Origin: the human T2T-CHM13v2.0 reference genome, Homo sapiens
Assembly: GCF_009914755.1 (NCBI RefSeq)
Contig: NC_060928.1
Reading direction: 5' to 3' (one strand)
Length of the DNA: 64,000 nucleotides
The notes below the pieces were generated by a model. The model saw only the letters and a list, made by a program, of their open reading frames with translations, was not told the origin of the DNA and did no database searches. Positions within the stretch are counted from its first letter, which is position 1. Each line of letters opens with the position of its first letter. Position numbers and translations under genes: made by a program. Below are positions 1 to 14,967 of the stretch, piece after piece.

Positions 1-369
<369 letters not shown>

Positions 370-396
370 GACAGGTGCATTTTCATGGCTGCCAAG

Positions 397-779
397 TGCT
401 ATGAACTGACTGTGTGCTCCCTGCCCCCCCATTAATATGTTAATACCCTAATTTTCAATGTAATGGCATTTAGAGGTAAGGCTGTGTGGAGGTAATTAGG
501 TTTAGATGAAATCACGTGGCTGGTGCTCTTATGATGGAATTAGTGCCCATCTAAGAAGAAGAGACCAGAACTTGCTTTCCCTACATCATGTAAGGGTACA
601 GCAAGATGAGGACCCTCTGCAAACCAGGAAGAGAGCCCTCACTAGACACGCTGGCACCTTGATCTTGGACTTCCCAGTCTATAGAATTGTGAGACTTCCC
701 AGCCTCCAGAACTGTAAGTGGCTGGTGGTTAAGCCACCCAAGTTAAGGTGTTTTATTACAGCAGCCCAAGCTGACAAAG
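397..779 (+). mobile_element. MaLR LTR, MLT1A-like
   Basis: TGCTATG start; GGCACCTTGATCTTGGACTTCCCAG...CCTCCAGAACTGT and TAAGCCACCC...TTACAGCAGCCCAAGCTGAC end motifs. Confidence 0.8.
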
Positions 780-3095
780 GTACCAGGGTCTACTCCTTGT
801 CCCAGATGAATTTCCTTTTCATGCAGGGTTAGATAGCAGCTCCTTGATGTGTCCTATGGTCCTCCCCTTCTGAGGGAAAACTTAGAAAAGGGAAGCTAGT
901 GGTACAAAATATAGTCCCAATCTGTGCAATTGGTCTCAGGGCTGCAACTCACACTCATCCTCTCACTTTCCACCATCTATTCTACCTTTCCCTTATGCTC
1001 AGCTATCCTCTCAGAAGGTCTTGGTGACTTACCTGTTCATGTGACAAAACCTTCATTCCTAAGGAGTCTAAGCTCTTGGTTACCACACTCTTCTCAGTTT
1101 CCAAGGGAAAAAAGGGTACTGGAAAGCATCCAAGGAGATCACTGTGGTTCCACACATACTCTTTCCTGCCCTGTTTATATATAAACCATTCTACCTCCTC
1201 CTGCTGATCAAGTCAATTACCCTGCCACTAGGGTGATTCCTTCTTTTGCCTGCTGGTCCCTGGACACTAAGGGTCTAAATTGCCCTGTCATATCTTACAG
1301 TTCAATGGACTCTTGATATGTCCCTGGCAAGATTAGAGGATTAGGACCCTCCAACCTTGAAGATCACAGAGCTAGAACTCATTCCTTGGTTGGTCACTGG
1401 GAGTGGTGGTAAATGGTATCACCTATTTCTAGCCCTTCATTCTGGACTCATAGGTTCCTCTTATTAGAGACATATCACCAGAGACAGTTCTCTCTGATTT
1501 AATGCATATAGCACTCTATGTTTGCAAAGTATTACATCTGAGCTAACACTTCAGCTGTGACATTAGAAGGTTGTTCTTCTGTTCTTTGAGACTGGAGGAT
1601 ACAATATGTGATATGACTAGTGGATCTCATCGTCATAGGCCCACTCCCACACATCTTTTGCTTTGACATCAGTTCCCTGGTCAGACGTTATGATGTATGG
1701 GACATAATGTTTGTATAAGCTCCTGGTTGGTACTGGCTGGGGCTCTATGTGCAGGAAAGACAAAGTCATACCAGAAAAGGAATCTATCCTGGGGAGCACA
1801 GACAGCTGGCCCTTCTAGCATACCAGGAGCCTAATGTAATTGACATGTCACCAAGTGGCCAGATGTTCTCCTTGAGGAATAGTGCCACATTGGAGTGCAG
1901 CATTGGCCTCTGTTGCTGACAAATTGGGCAACCACAGGCAACAGTAGCTGAATTGGCTTGATAAACAGTGTGGTGTCCTCTGGGCCCTCCTACCTGACAT
2001 AATCCTGATGGATTTTCTGGGCATAATATATCTATCCATTTCATCATGCCCACATCCTTCAGCCTTTGTCTTCCTTCCTCTACTATCTGCCAGGACAACT
2101 CAGATATTTGCACTTTGCCCAGCATTGTCCAGCACTACCTCTAGGCTTCTAAGAACCATGCTGCTCCCTGAGGCCCTCACCAGGTTGTTAAACCAGTGTC
2201 CTGTGAAGATGTCCTTAATATACTACTTATCTGTCTTACATTTGACCCTATCCGTCAAACACCCTCAAAATCTAATCCCAGGGGTACTCCCCTGGCTTCT
2301 GCTGGTACATGACAACTAACGCTTGCACCAGAGATGATATACCTTCAGTGTATCATCCTTTCTTCCCTTATCAGAACAGCACATACCTAGCCAGGTTCTG
2401 CTGGCTTGTGTGAAAGGAAAATAAATCTTGGGACCCCAGGGAAAAGTCAAGCTGGGAACTATGTCAGTCAAACCTGCCTCCCATTTTATTCCTAAATAAG
2501 ATAGCTACAAAGGTAAAAAGCTACACACCTTCCTCACAATTTGCCCACAAGGAAATTCCTTGAGGACAAAGGTCAGACAGAACTCAAAAGTCATCCCGCT
2601 GAGGCTCACCTGAGACAAACGCATATCTGATTGCTTCCTCTGCCCTATTGTTTAGGTAAAAAGGCAGATTCACTGAGCCACACTAAATTGTGTATTCCGT
2701 GGAAGGCTGATCAAGAACTCAAAAGAATGCAACCTTTATCTCTTATCTAATTATGACCTGGAAGCCCCCCACTCAAGTTGTCCTGCCCTCCTGGACAGAA
2801 CCGAGGTACATCTTACACATATTCATTGATGTCTCATGTCTCCTTAAAATGCCTAAAAGTAAGCTGTACCCTGACTACCTTGGGCACATGTCGTCAGGAC
2901 CTCCTGAGACTGAGTCACGAGTGAGTCCTTAGGCTTGGCAAAATAAACTTTCTAACTTGATTGAGACCTGTCTCAGATACCTTGTGATTTCCACATGTAC
3001 CTCTAGTTTTGAGCTTGGCAACCAGAGACGAGGAGGGCAGCTCCTTGTTGCTCTTGGGAATGAGGCACTATGGGGAAAGTGCTAGCTCTTACCAG
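780..3095 (-). mobile_element. Degenerate ERVL/MaLR internal region (gag and integrase remnants), interrupted by a MER4 LTR
   Basis: Minus-strand translations WQIVEEGRQRLKDVGMMKWI (ERVL gag-like), CPICQQQRP, GTIPQGEHLATW and ITSDQGTDVKAKDVWEWA (integrase-like); frameshifted; abuts an MLT1E-like LTR. Confidence 0.75.
2409..2995 (+). mobile_element. MER4A-family solo LTR (ERV1)
   Basis: TGTGAAAGGAAAATAAATCTTGGGACCCC start; GGAAAAGTCAAGCTGGGAACT; AATAAA near 2941; TTGAGACCTGTCTCAGATAC...CACA end. Confidence 0.85.
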
Positions 3096-3096
3096 A

Positions 3097-3740
3097 TGTG
3101 TTTGTTTTCTCCTGCTGCATAGTAAATTGCCACAGCCTTGGTGTTTTAAAACAACACCCTTGATTATCTCACAGTTTCTGTGGGTCAGGAGTCTGGGTGG
3201 GGCTGAACTTGGTCCTCTCCTTAGGCTCTCAGAGGCTGTAATATAGATGTTAGCCAGGCTGTGTTTTTCTTTCTGGAGCTTAGGATCCTCTTCCAAGTTC
3301 ACGTGGTTGTCGATAGAATTCCGTTCTTTGAGATTGCAGGGCTGAAGCCCCCATATTATTGCTGGCTGTCAGTAGGGGCCATTCTAGCTCCTAGAGGAAC
3401 CCACAGGCCCCTGCCATGTGTACTTCTCATTTTCAGCCCTCTGTCAACACAGCAGCACCCTTCTTCAAGGCCAGTTGGAGAACTCTGATCTCTGGGAGGA
3501 TCTGAGTACCTCTTTGGAGGTTTTTCACCAGATTAAGTCAGGCACAACCAAGATAATCTCCCTTTTGGTTAACTCAGAGTTAACTGATTTGGGAACTTAG
3601 TTACATCTGCAAAATCCCTTCACCTTTGCTGGTATTCTTTTGGCTAGAAGTGAGTCACAAGTTCTGCCAGCACTCAAGGGAGGGTTGTCTTCCAGGGTGT
3701 GACTCACTGGGGGTCACCATAAGGTATATCTGCACATTAG
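3097..3740 (-). mobile_element. MaLR LTR, MLT1E-like
   Basis: TTATCTCACAGTTTCTGTGGGTCAGGAGT and TTACATCTGCAAAATCCCTT motifs. Confidence 0.75.
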
Positions 3741-4034
3741 GAGTGGGTGGGTCCCTGCAGAAATGTTGCAGTAAATCCAGAGAAGCAGCGGCCAGGGGCC
3801 ACCAGTCAATCATGCTTGCTGCAACAGACCAAGCAGCACATGTTCATGGCCAGCAAAAGCCATCATCACAATTTGTAATTCATGAATTTAATAATGTAGT
3901 ATATGTGTATGATGTGTCTTCCCTACTGGAATATAAATTCTATAGGGGTAGGGACTAAATGAGTCTGTCAGTGTGGTATCCTCACTGCCTAGCACAATGC
4001 TTTCTGTATGTAAGTAGAAGCTCACTACTTACTA

Positions 4035-7000
4035 TCCCTCACTATCCCTCAACCTCTTTCTCCTTTCAGTCTTGGCACCACACTTCAATCTCTCCCTTCT
4101 CTTAATTTCAATTCCTTTCATTTTCTGGTAGAGACAAAGGAGACACGTTTTATCCATGGACCCAAAACTCTGGTGCCAGTCACAGACTGGTAAGGCAGCC
4201 TTCCCTTCATGTTTAATCATTGCAGGGATGCCTGATTATTCACCCACGTTTCAAAGGTGTCAGACCACGCAGGGACACCTGCCTTGGTCCTTCGCCCTTA
4301 GCGGCAAGTCCTGCTTTTCTTGGGGAGGGGCAAGTACCCCAACCCCTTCTCTCCGTGTCTATACCCCTTCTCTGCTTTTCTGGGGGAGGGGCAAGTATCC
4401 CTCAACCCCTTCTCCTTCACCCTTAGCGGCAAGTCCTGCTTTTCTAGGGGGCAAGAACCCCCAATCCCTTATTTCCGCACCCCGACCCCTTTCCCACTTT
4501 TCTGGAGGGTAAGAACCCCTGAACCCCTTCTCTCCATGTCTCTATGCTCTCTTTTCTCTGGGCTTGCCTCCTTCACTATGGGCAACCTTCTACCCTCCAT
4601 TCCTCCTTCTTCTCCCTTAGCCTGTGTTCTCAAGAACTTAAAACCTCTTCAACTCACACCTGACCTAAAACCTAAATGCCTTATTTTCTTCTGCAACACC
4701 ACTTGTCCCCAATACAAACTTGACAGTGGCTTTAAATGGCCAGAAAACGGCACTTTCGATTTCTCCATCCTACAAGACCTAAATAATTTTTGTCAAAAAA
4801 TGGGCAAATGGTCTGAGGTGCCTTACATCCAGGCATTTTTCACCCTGTCCCCTCAGTCCCAACCCCAAGAGTCGCTGAGTCTTTCCAGTCTTCCTTTTCT
4901 ACAGACCCATCTGACTTTTCCCCTCCTCCCTAGGCTGCTCGTTGCCAGGCTAAGTCCCAATTCTTCCTCAGCTTCCACTCCTCCACCCTATAATCCTTTT
5001 ATTACCTCCCCTCCTCACACCTGGTCCAGCTTACAGTTTAGTTCCGTGACTAGCTCTTCCCCACCTGCCCAACAATTTCCTCTTAGAGAGGTGGCTGGAG
5101 CTAAAGGCATAGTCAAGGTTAATGCTCCTTTTTCTTTATCCCAAATCAGATAGCGTTTAGGCTCTTTATCATCAAATATAAAAATCCAGCCCAGTTCATG
5201 ACTTGTTTGGCAGCAACCCTGAGACACTTTACAGCCCTAGACCCTAAAAGGTCAAAAGGCCGTCTTATTCTCAAAATACATTTTATTACCCAATCTGCTC
5301 CCAACATTAAATAAAACTCCAAAAATTAAATTCCAGCCCTCAAACTCCACAACAGGATTTAGTTAACCTCACCTTCAAGGTGTACAATAATAGAAAAAAG
5401 TTGCAATTCCTTGCCTCCACTGTGAGACAAACCCCAGCCACATCTCCAGCACACAAGAACTTCCAAATGCCTGAACCGCAGTGGCCAGGCGTTCCTCCAG
5501 AACCTCCTCCCCCAGGAGCTTGCTACAAGTGCCAGAAATCTGGCCACCAGGCCAAGGAATGCCTGCAGCCCAGGATTCCTCCTAAGCCATGTCCCATCTG
5601 TGTGGGACCCCACTGGAAATCGGACTGTCCAACTCACCTGGCAGCCACTCCCAGAGCCCCTGGAACTCTGGCCCAAGGCTCTCTGACTGACTCCTTCCCA
5701 TATCTTCTCGGCTTAGTGGCTGAAGACTGACACTGCCTGATCGCCTCAGAAGCCCCCTAGACCATCACGGAAGCCGAGCTTCACGTAACTCTCACAGTGG
5801 GAAGTAAGTCCGTCCCCTTCTTAATCAATACGGAGGCTACCCACTCCACATTACCTTCTTTTCAAGGACCTGTTTCCCTTGCCTCCATAACTGTTGTGGG
5901 TATTGACAGCCAGGCTTCTAAACCTCTTAAAACTCCCCAACTCTGGTGCCAACTTAGACAATACTCTTTTAAGCACTCCTTTTAGTTATCCCCACCTGCC
6001 CAGTTCCCTTATTAGGCCGAGACACTTTAACTAAATTATCTGCTTCCCTGACTATTCCTGGATTACAGCTACATCTCATTGCCGCCCTTATTCCCAATCC
6101 AAAGCCTCCTTTGCATCCTCCTCTTGTATTCCCCCACCTTAACCCACAAGTATAAGATACCTCTACTCCCTCTTTGGTGACCCATCATGCACCCCTTACC
6201 ATCTTATTAAAACCTAATCACCCTTACCCCGATCAATGCCAATATACCATCCCACAGCATGCTTTGAAAGGATTAAAGCCTGTTATCACTCGCCTGCTAC
6301 AGCATGGCCTTTTAAAGCCTATAAACTCTCCTTACAATTCTCCCATTTTACCTATTCCAAAACCAGACAAGCCTTAGAAGTTAGTTCAGGATCTGTGCCT
6401 TATCAACCAAATTGTTTTGCCTATCCACCCCATGGTGCCAAACCCATATACTCTCCTATCCTCAATACCTCCCTCCACAATCCATCATTCTGTTCTGGAT
6501 CTCAAACATGCTTTCTTTACTATTCCTTTGCTCTTGTCTTCCCAGCCTCTCTTCGCTTTCACTTGGACTGACCCTGACACCCATTAGGCTCAGCAAATTA
6601 CCTGGGCTGTACTGCCTCAAGGCTTCACAGACAGCCCCCATTACTTCAATCAAGCCCAAATTTCATCCTCATCTGTTACCTATCTCGGCATAATTCTCAT
6701 AAAAACACACGTGCTTTCCCTGCTGATCATGTCCGATTAATCTCCCAAACCTCAATCCGTTACAAAACAACAACTCCTTTCCTTCCAAGGCATGGTTAGT
6801 GCAGTCAGAATTCCTACACAAGAGCCAGGACTGCACCCTGTAGCCTTTCTGTCCAAACAACTTGACCTTACTGTTTTAGCCTACCCATCATGTCTCTGTG
6901 CAGCGGCTGCTGCCACCCTAATACTTTTAGAGGCCCTCAAAATCACAAATTATGCTCAACTTACTCTCTACATTTCTCATAACTTCCAAAATCTATTTTC

Positions 7001-8553
7001 TTCCTCATACCTGACTCATATACTTTCTGTTCCCTGGCTCCTTCAGCTGTACTCACTCTTTGTTAAGTCCCACAATTACCATTGTTCCTGGCCCGGACTT
7101 CAATCCGGCCTCCCACATTATTCCAGATACCACACCTGACCCCCATGACTGTATCTCTCTGATCCACCTGACATTCACCCCATTTCCCCATATTTCCTTC
7201 TTTCCTGTTCCTCACCCTGATCACGCTTGATTTATTGGTGGCAGTTCCACCAGGCCTAATCACCACACACCAGCAAAGGCAGGCTATGCTATAGTACAAG
7301 CCACTAGCCAGCCTCTTAGAACCTCTCATTTCCTTTCCATCGTGGAAATCTGTCCTCAAGGAAATAATTTCTCAGTGTTCCATCTGCTATTCTACTACTC
7401 CTCAAGGATTATTCAGGCCCCCCTCCCTTCCCTACACATCAAGCTGGACGATTTGCCCCCACCCAGGACTGGCCAATTAGCTTTACTCAACATGCCCCGA
7501 GTCAGATAACTAAAATACTTCTTAGTCTAGGTAGACACTTTCACTGGATAGGTAGAGTCCTTTCCTACAGGGTCTGAGAAGGCCACCGCAGTCATTTCTT
7601 CCCTTCTGTCAGACATAATTCCTCGGTTTAGCCTTCCCACCTCTATACAGTCTGATAACAGGCCAGCCTTTATTAGTCAAATCAGCCAAGCAGTTTTTCA
7701 GGCTCTTAGTATTCAGTGAAACCTTTATATCACTTACGGTCCTCTGTCTTCAGGAAAAGTAGAACGGACTAAACGTCTTTTAAAAACACACCTCACCAAG
7801 CTCAGCCACCAACTTAAAAAGGACTGGACAATACTTTTATGACTTTCCCTTCTCAGAAGTCAGACCTGTCCTCAGAATGCTACAAGGTACAGCCCATTTG
7901 AGCTCCTATATAGATGCTCCTTTTTATTAGGCCCCAGTCTCATTCCAGACACCAGACCAACTTAGACTGTGCCCCCAAAAAACTTGTCATCCCTACTATC
8001 TTCTATCTAGTCATACTCCTATTCACCATTCTCAACTACTCATACCTGCCCTGCTCTTGTTTACACTGCCGGTTTACACTGTTTCTCCAAGCCATCACAG
8101 CTGATATCTCCTGGTGCTATCCCCAAACTGCCACTCTTAACTCTTGAAGTAAATAAATAATCTTTGCTGGCAGGACTATGCTGAATCTGCTTAGGCACTC
8201 TCTAATCAGATGTCCTGAGTCGTCCCAATTCTTAGACCTTTTATACCTGTTTTTCTCCTTCTCTTATTCCATTTAGTTTTTCAATTCATACAAAACTGTA
8301 TCCAGGCCATCACCAATAATTCTAAATGACAAATTTTCCTTCTAACAACCCCACAATATCACCCCTTACCACAAAATCTTCCTTCAGCTTAATCTCTCCC
8401 ACTCTAGGTTCCCACGCCACCCCTAATCCCGCTGGAAGCAGCCCTGAGAAACATCGCCCATTATCTCTCCATACCATCCCCCAAAATTTTCACTGTCGCA
8501 ACACTTTACCACTATTTCATTTTATTTTTCTTATTAATATAAGAAGACAGGAA
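4035..8553 (+). mobile_element. HERV-H internal region (decayed gag-pro-pol, env largely deleted), lacking the 5' LTR and PBS
   Basis: HERV-H leader (CACTATCCCTCAACCTCTTTCTCC; CCCTTAGCGGCAAGTCC repeats); gag KWPENGTFDFSILQDL; zinc knuckles CYKCQKSGHQAKEC and CPICVGPHWKSDC; protease-like FLINTEATHS; RT NSPYNSPILP and LPQGFTDSP; integrase IQSDN and SSGKVER; PPT AAGAAGACAGGAA at 8541-8553; many stops and frameshifts. Confidence 0.97.
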
Positions 8554-8955
8554 TGTCAGGCCTCTGAGCCCAAGCTAAGCTATCATATCCCCTGTGACCT
8601 GCACGTACACATCCAGATGGCCGGTTCCTGCCTTAACTGATGACATTCCACCACAAAAGAAGTGAAAATGGCCTGTTCGTGCCTTAACTGATGACATTGT
8701 CTTGTGAAATTCCTTCTCCTGGCTCATCCTGGCTTAAAAGCTCCCCCACTGAGTACCTTGTGAACCCCACTCCTGCCTGCCAGAGAACAACCCCCCTTTT
8801 TCCTTTTCCTACCCAAATCCTATAAAATGGCCCCACCCCTATCTCCCTTCACTGACTCTCTTTTCGGACTCAGCCCGCCTGCACCCAGGTGATTAAAAGC
8901 TTTATTGCTCACACAAAGCCTGTTTGGTGGTCTCTTCACATGGACGCGCATGAAA
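8554..8955 (+). mobile_element. HERV-H 3' LTR (LTR7, LTR7up-like)
   Basis: TGTCAGGCCTCTGAGCCCAAGC start; two GCCTTAACTGATGACATT repeats with AAAAGAAG in the first; TATAAAA at 8821; ATTAAA at 8892; complete U5 ending CATGAAA. Confidence 0.97.
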
Positions 8956-9157
8956 CTGCCTTGTGGACCAAGGAGCAAAGGACACCAGTTTGCAGCATGA
9001 GGGAAATGCCACAGATGTGACAAAAGAAGTAGAGAGGAGAGACAGAACTCCTGCAGTGCTCCAGAATGCCTGTTTCTCCTGGGGCCTCTTCCTTGACTCT
9101 CAAGAGTTTCCACAGTACCCTTCCCACAAAGTTCCCTTTTTTGATTAAAGTACTTTA

Positions 9158-9574
<417 letters not shown>

Positions 9575-9664
9575 TTAAGGAATGAGAGGAGACCTTCAGG
9601 AATGGCTACACTCTATTCTCCAAAGAACAGGCCAGGCATAGAGGATGGAGGCCAGGAAAGAAAG

Positions 9665-9925
9665 CCATTCAAATTGGAAAGGAAGAATTAAAATGATCTC
9701 TGTTTGCAGAGGACATGATCATATATGTAGAAAACTTTAAAGACTCACCAAAAAAATCTGTTAGAACTAATGAATGAATTTAGTAAAGTTGCACAATACA
9801 AAATCAACATACCAAAATAAGTGGTGTTTCTACACAAAAAACAATGAGCTCTCCAAAAGGAAGTTAAGAAAACAATCTCATTTACAATAGCAGCAAAAAG
9901 AAGAAAATACTTAGGAATAAATAAA
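9665..9925 (+). mobile_element. Old L1 ORF2 (RT) internal fragment
   Basis: CTGTTTGCAGAGGACATG (LFA[E/D]DM), GTTAGAACTAAT...AGTAAAGTTGCA...TACAAAATCAAC, AAATACTTAGGAATAAAT. Confidence 0.85.
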
Positions 9926-10539
9926 GGACAGAGGTCATGGATTCTGTGTGAAGGAGGAACAGGCAGGAGACAGTGCATGGGGGTGTGAAGCAGCTGTCTT
10001 TGGGGAACGGGAAGCATTGTGGCCACTCCAAGTTTCCTGGCTCAACCTGTGCTGTCCCGTCAAGCAGAAAGAAGATCATCCAGTCATGGGAGAAGTCAAG
10101 TGCTGCTTTCCCACTGCAGGTTCCTTGAGACATCACACAAATCAAAGGATGCAAATGGACATTGGCAGGATATTCTGTAAGACATTCATTTATACTTTAA
10201 GCAACACTAATGTGAAATAAAAAAGGCTGCAATGAAAGGAAGAGGGTCTGGACACTGATGAGCACAACAAACCAGCTGAGGTTTTGCTCCTCTTGTCTCC
10301 TACCCTCTGGAACAATGGGAGACAAGAGGAGCACAGCACAGCAGAAACAGGAGAGTTCAATAGAATGGGGTGATTAATGGGAAAATAGAAAATGTTGGCA
10401 TAATTGTAGATGGGACAGGTGGGTGTCCAATAAGACATAAAGGCTGGGAGGAACAGATGAAAGGATCAGAGAGATATTCTATTTCTTCTAAATGGGAAGG
10501 GAGAAAAAGAAACATGTATTTATTTAGCCTTTCATTTAG

Positions 10540-10877
<338 letters not shown>

Positions 10878-11170
10878 ACAACATTTTCAAGTCATTCAAG
10901 CCTGTAGTTCCTTCTTGTTCTTATTTCCCATCAATCCATGGGCATGCAGCAGAGAGAGAGAAAAGCAGTGGATTTTTGTACCTCTCTGCCACATCAAGAG
11001 CTTCCTAGTAAAGTCACCAAATATCTTGAAGCCTCAATTCCCTCACCTGTCGAACTGAAAACTTGGGGTATGCCTACTTCCTATATTTGTGGTGAGGCTT
11101 AAATAATCACCTTGCAGAAAGTAGTAAGTCTTTTGCAAATATCAGGTATTATTTGGCAAAGTTATTGTTC

Positions 11171-11753
11171 ATATATTAAATATATAGGCATATATAAACT
11201 ATATAGGTATATATTTATCAAATTATAAGTTAAATAAAAATAATAAAATGGTTATTTTATATCATGTCATGCCATCAACCAGCTTAAGAAATACATCACT
11301 GTAATTTTTAAATCACTCTTTATACCCTCTTCAACATATTTCCTTTCTCTCATTTTTATTTTACACATAAATGTATATTATTAACAGTTTATCGGTTGTG
11401 TGTTTCTCTGAATTTTATATAAACTGAATTATATTCTATATTTTTTGAGACTTTCTTTTATGCACAAAATATGTTGAGATTCATCCACATTGATGTACAA
11501 ACATTTCCTTTCATGGCAATAGAATAGAACTTCAATATACAGCTAAGCTTTAATTTGTGGTGAAAGAAGCAAAATATTATGAATTTTGAAAATCTAGAGG
11601 CAATCTTCAAATTTCTTTTTATTCATTAATATCTCTGGCCTTTGTTACCCATCTTCATTCCAAGTAGCAATGGAGCTGAAAATGAATAGTTCAGTAAGTT
11701 ATTTAAACTATATATACCTATATAGTTTATATATGCCTATATATTTAATATAT
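11171..11753. repeat. Perfect 44-bp inverted repeat (11171-11214 / 11710-11753), 495-bp spacer
   Basis: ATATATTAAATATATAGGCATATATAAACTATATAGGTATATAT is the exact reverse complement of 11710-11753. Confidence 0.95.
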
Positions 11754-12377
11754 ATTATATATTTATATATTTACATTTAATACTTATTTTATATATACAT
11801 ACACACACACTGTATATACAATCATGTGTCTCTTAGGTGATTTGTCATTGTATGAACATCATAGAGTGTACTTACACAAACCTACATGGTGTAACCTCCT
11901 ACACACCTAGGTATAGCCTATTGCTCCTAGGCTACAAACCTGTATAGCATGATAGTAGGCAATTGTAACACAATGGTAAGTATTTGTGTATCTTAACATA
12001 TCTAAACATAGAAAAGGCATAGTAAAAATGCAGTATAAAAGATTAAAAAATGGTACACCTGCATAGGGCACTTATTCTGAATAGAGCTTGCAGGACAGGA
12101 AGTTGCTCTGGGTGAGTCAGTGAGTGAGTAGTGAGTGAATGTGGAGACCTAGGACATTACTGTACATTGCTGTAGACTTGATAAATACTGGATACTTGAG
12201 CTACACCAAATTCATTTTTAAAAATTTTCTTTCTTCAATAATAAATTAACTTTAGCTTATGTAACTTTTTAACTTACAAACTTTTAAAAAAACTTTTTGA
12301 TTGCTTTATAATAACACTTAGCTTAAAACACAAACACATCCTACCTCTGTACAAAAAAATTTTCTTTCTTTAGATCA

Positions 12378-12695
12378 GGTCTAGCATGATGGCTCACCCC
12401 TGTAATCGGAGCACTTTAGGAGGCCAAGGTGGGAGGATTGCTTAAGGCCAGGAGTTCAAGGCTGGCCTGGACAACATAGTGAGGGACAGTCTACAAAAAA
12501 AAAAAAAAAAGAAAAAGAAAAAGAAAGAAAAAATTAGTCAGGCAAGGTGTTGTGCATCTGTAGTCCTAGTTACTCTGGAGGCTGAGGTGGGAGGATCGTT
12601 TGAGGCCAGGAATTTGAGGCTGCAGTGAGCCAATGTCACGCCACGGCACTCCAGCTACAGGGCAAGACTCTGTTCCTAAAATTATATATATATAT
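12378..12695 (+). mobile_element. AluJo-like, inside Tigger3
   Basis: Diverged Alu dimer with an expanded A-rich linker and a (TA)n tail. Confidence 0.85.
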
Positions 12696-12745
12696 ATTCT
12701 TTCTTTTTATCCTTAAAATGCTTTAATTCTATGTAATTTTCTTTA

Positions 12746-12958
<213 letters not shown>

Positions 12959-13743
12959 TTAACCTAGGCCTACACAGGGTCAGAATCATCAACATCGCTG
13001 TCTTCCTCCTCCATATCTTGTCCTTCTGAAAGGTCTTCACGGGCAATAACACACGTCATCTCCTATGATAACAATGCCTTCTTCTGGAATACTTCCTGAA
13101 GGACATGCCTGAGGCTGTTTTGCAGTTAGCTTTTTTTTTTAATAAGTAGAAGAAGTATACTCTAAAATAATAATAAGTATAGTAAATACATAAACTAGTA
13201 ACACAGTTATTTATTATCATTATCAAGTATTATGTACTGTACATAATTGTATGTGCAATATTTTTATATAACTGGCAGCTCAGTAGGTTTATTTCCACCA
13301 GCATCACAACAAACTTGTGAGTAACACGTTGCCCTATGACATTATGATGGCTATGACACTAGACGATAGGAATTTTTCAGCTCCATTATAATCTTATAGG
13401 ACCACTGTTGTATATGTGGTCTGTCATTGACTGAACCCTGAACTGTTGTTATGCAGTGCATGACTGTGTGTATGTATGTGTGTGTGTGTGTGTGTGTTCC
13501 TCGGTATATAAAATATACCTCATTAAAGAAAAGTTTTAAGATTCTCCATGCCTCTGTAATAATACTATAATAAAGTCTTATTGATAAAATAATTCTTTTT
13601 TTTCCTCTTGGTTTATTGTTCACGGCTCAGCTTGGATCATCAGTAAACTTCATATAAGGCCAGCTTCCCTCTCACTGTCTATGTCACACCCACAGTGGAC
13701 TTTTCTGTTTCTCAGGTTTGCCCTGTGTCTCCTGTCTGTCTGA

Positions 13744-14188
<445 letters not shown>

Positions 14189-14237
14189 TAGAGAATCCTG
14201 CCTATCTCTTCCCAATATTCTTCACACTTGTAAATAC

Positions 14238-14967
<730 letters not shown>

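Noticed and set aside
4290-4540. Spaced direct repeats (CCCTTAGCGGCAAGTCC / GGGGCAAG..CCCC) resembling an array
   Set aside because: These are normal HERV-H leader repeats, not a CRISPR-like array.
4320-7900. HERV-H gag/pol ORFs as functional CDS
   Set aside because: Fragmented by stops and frameshifts; the protease motif is mutated (NTEA) and the RT YxDD region is deleted, as in common HERV-H copies.
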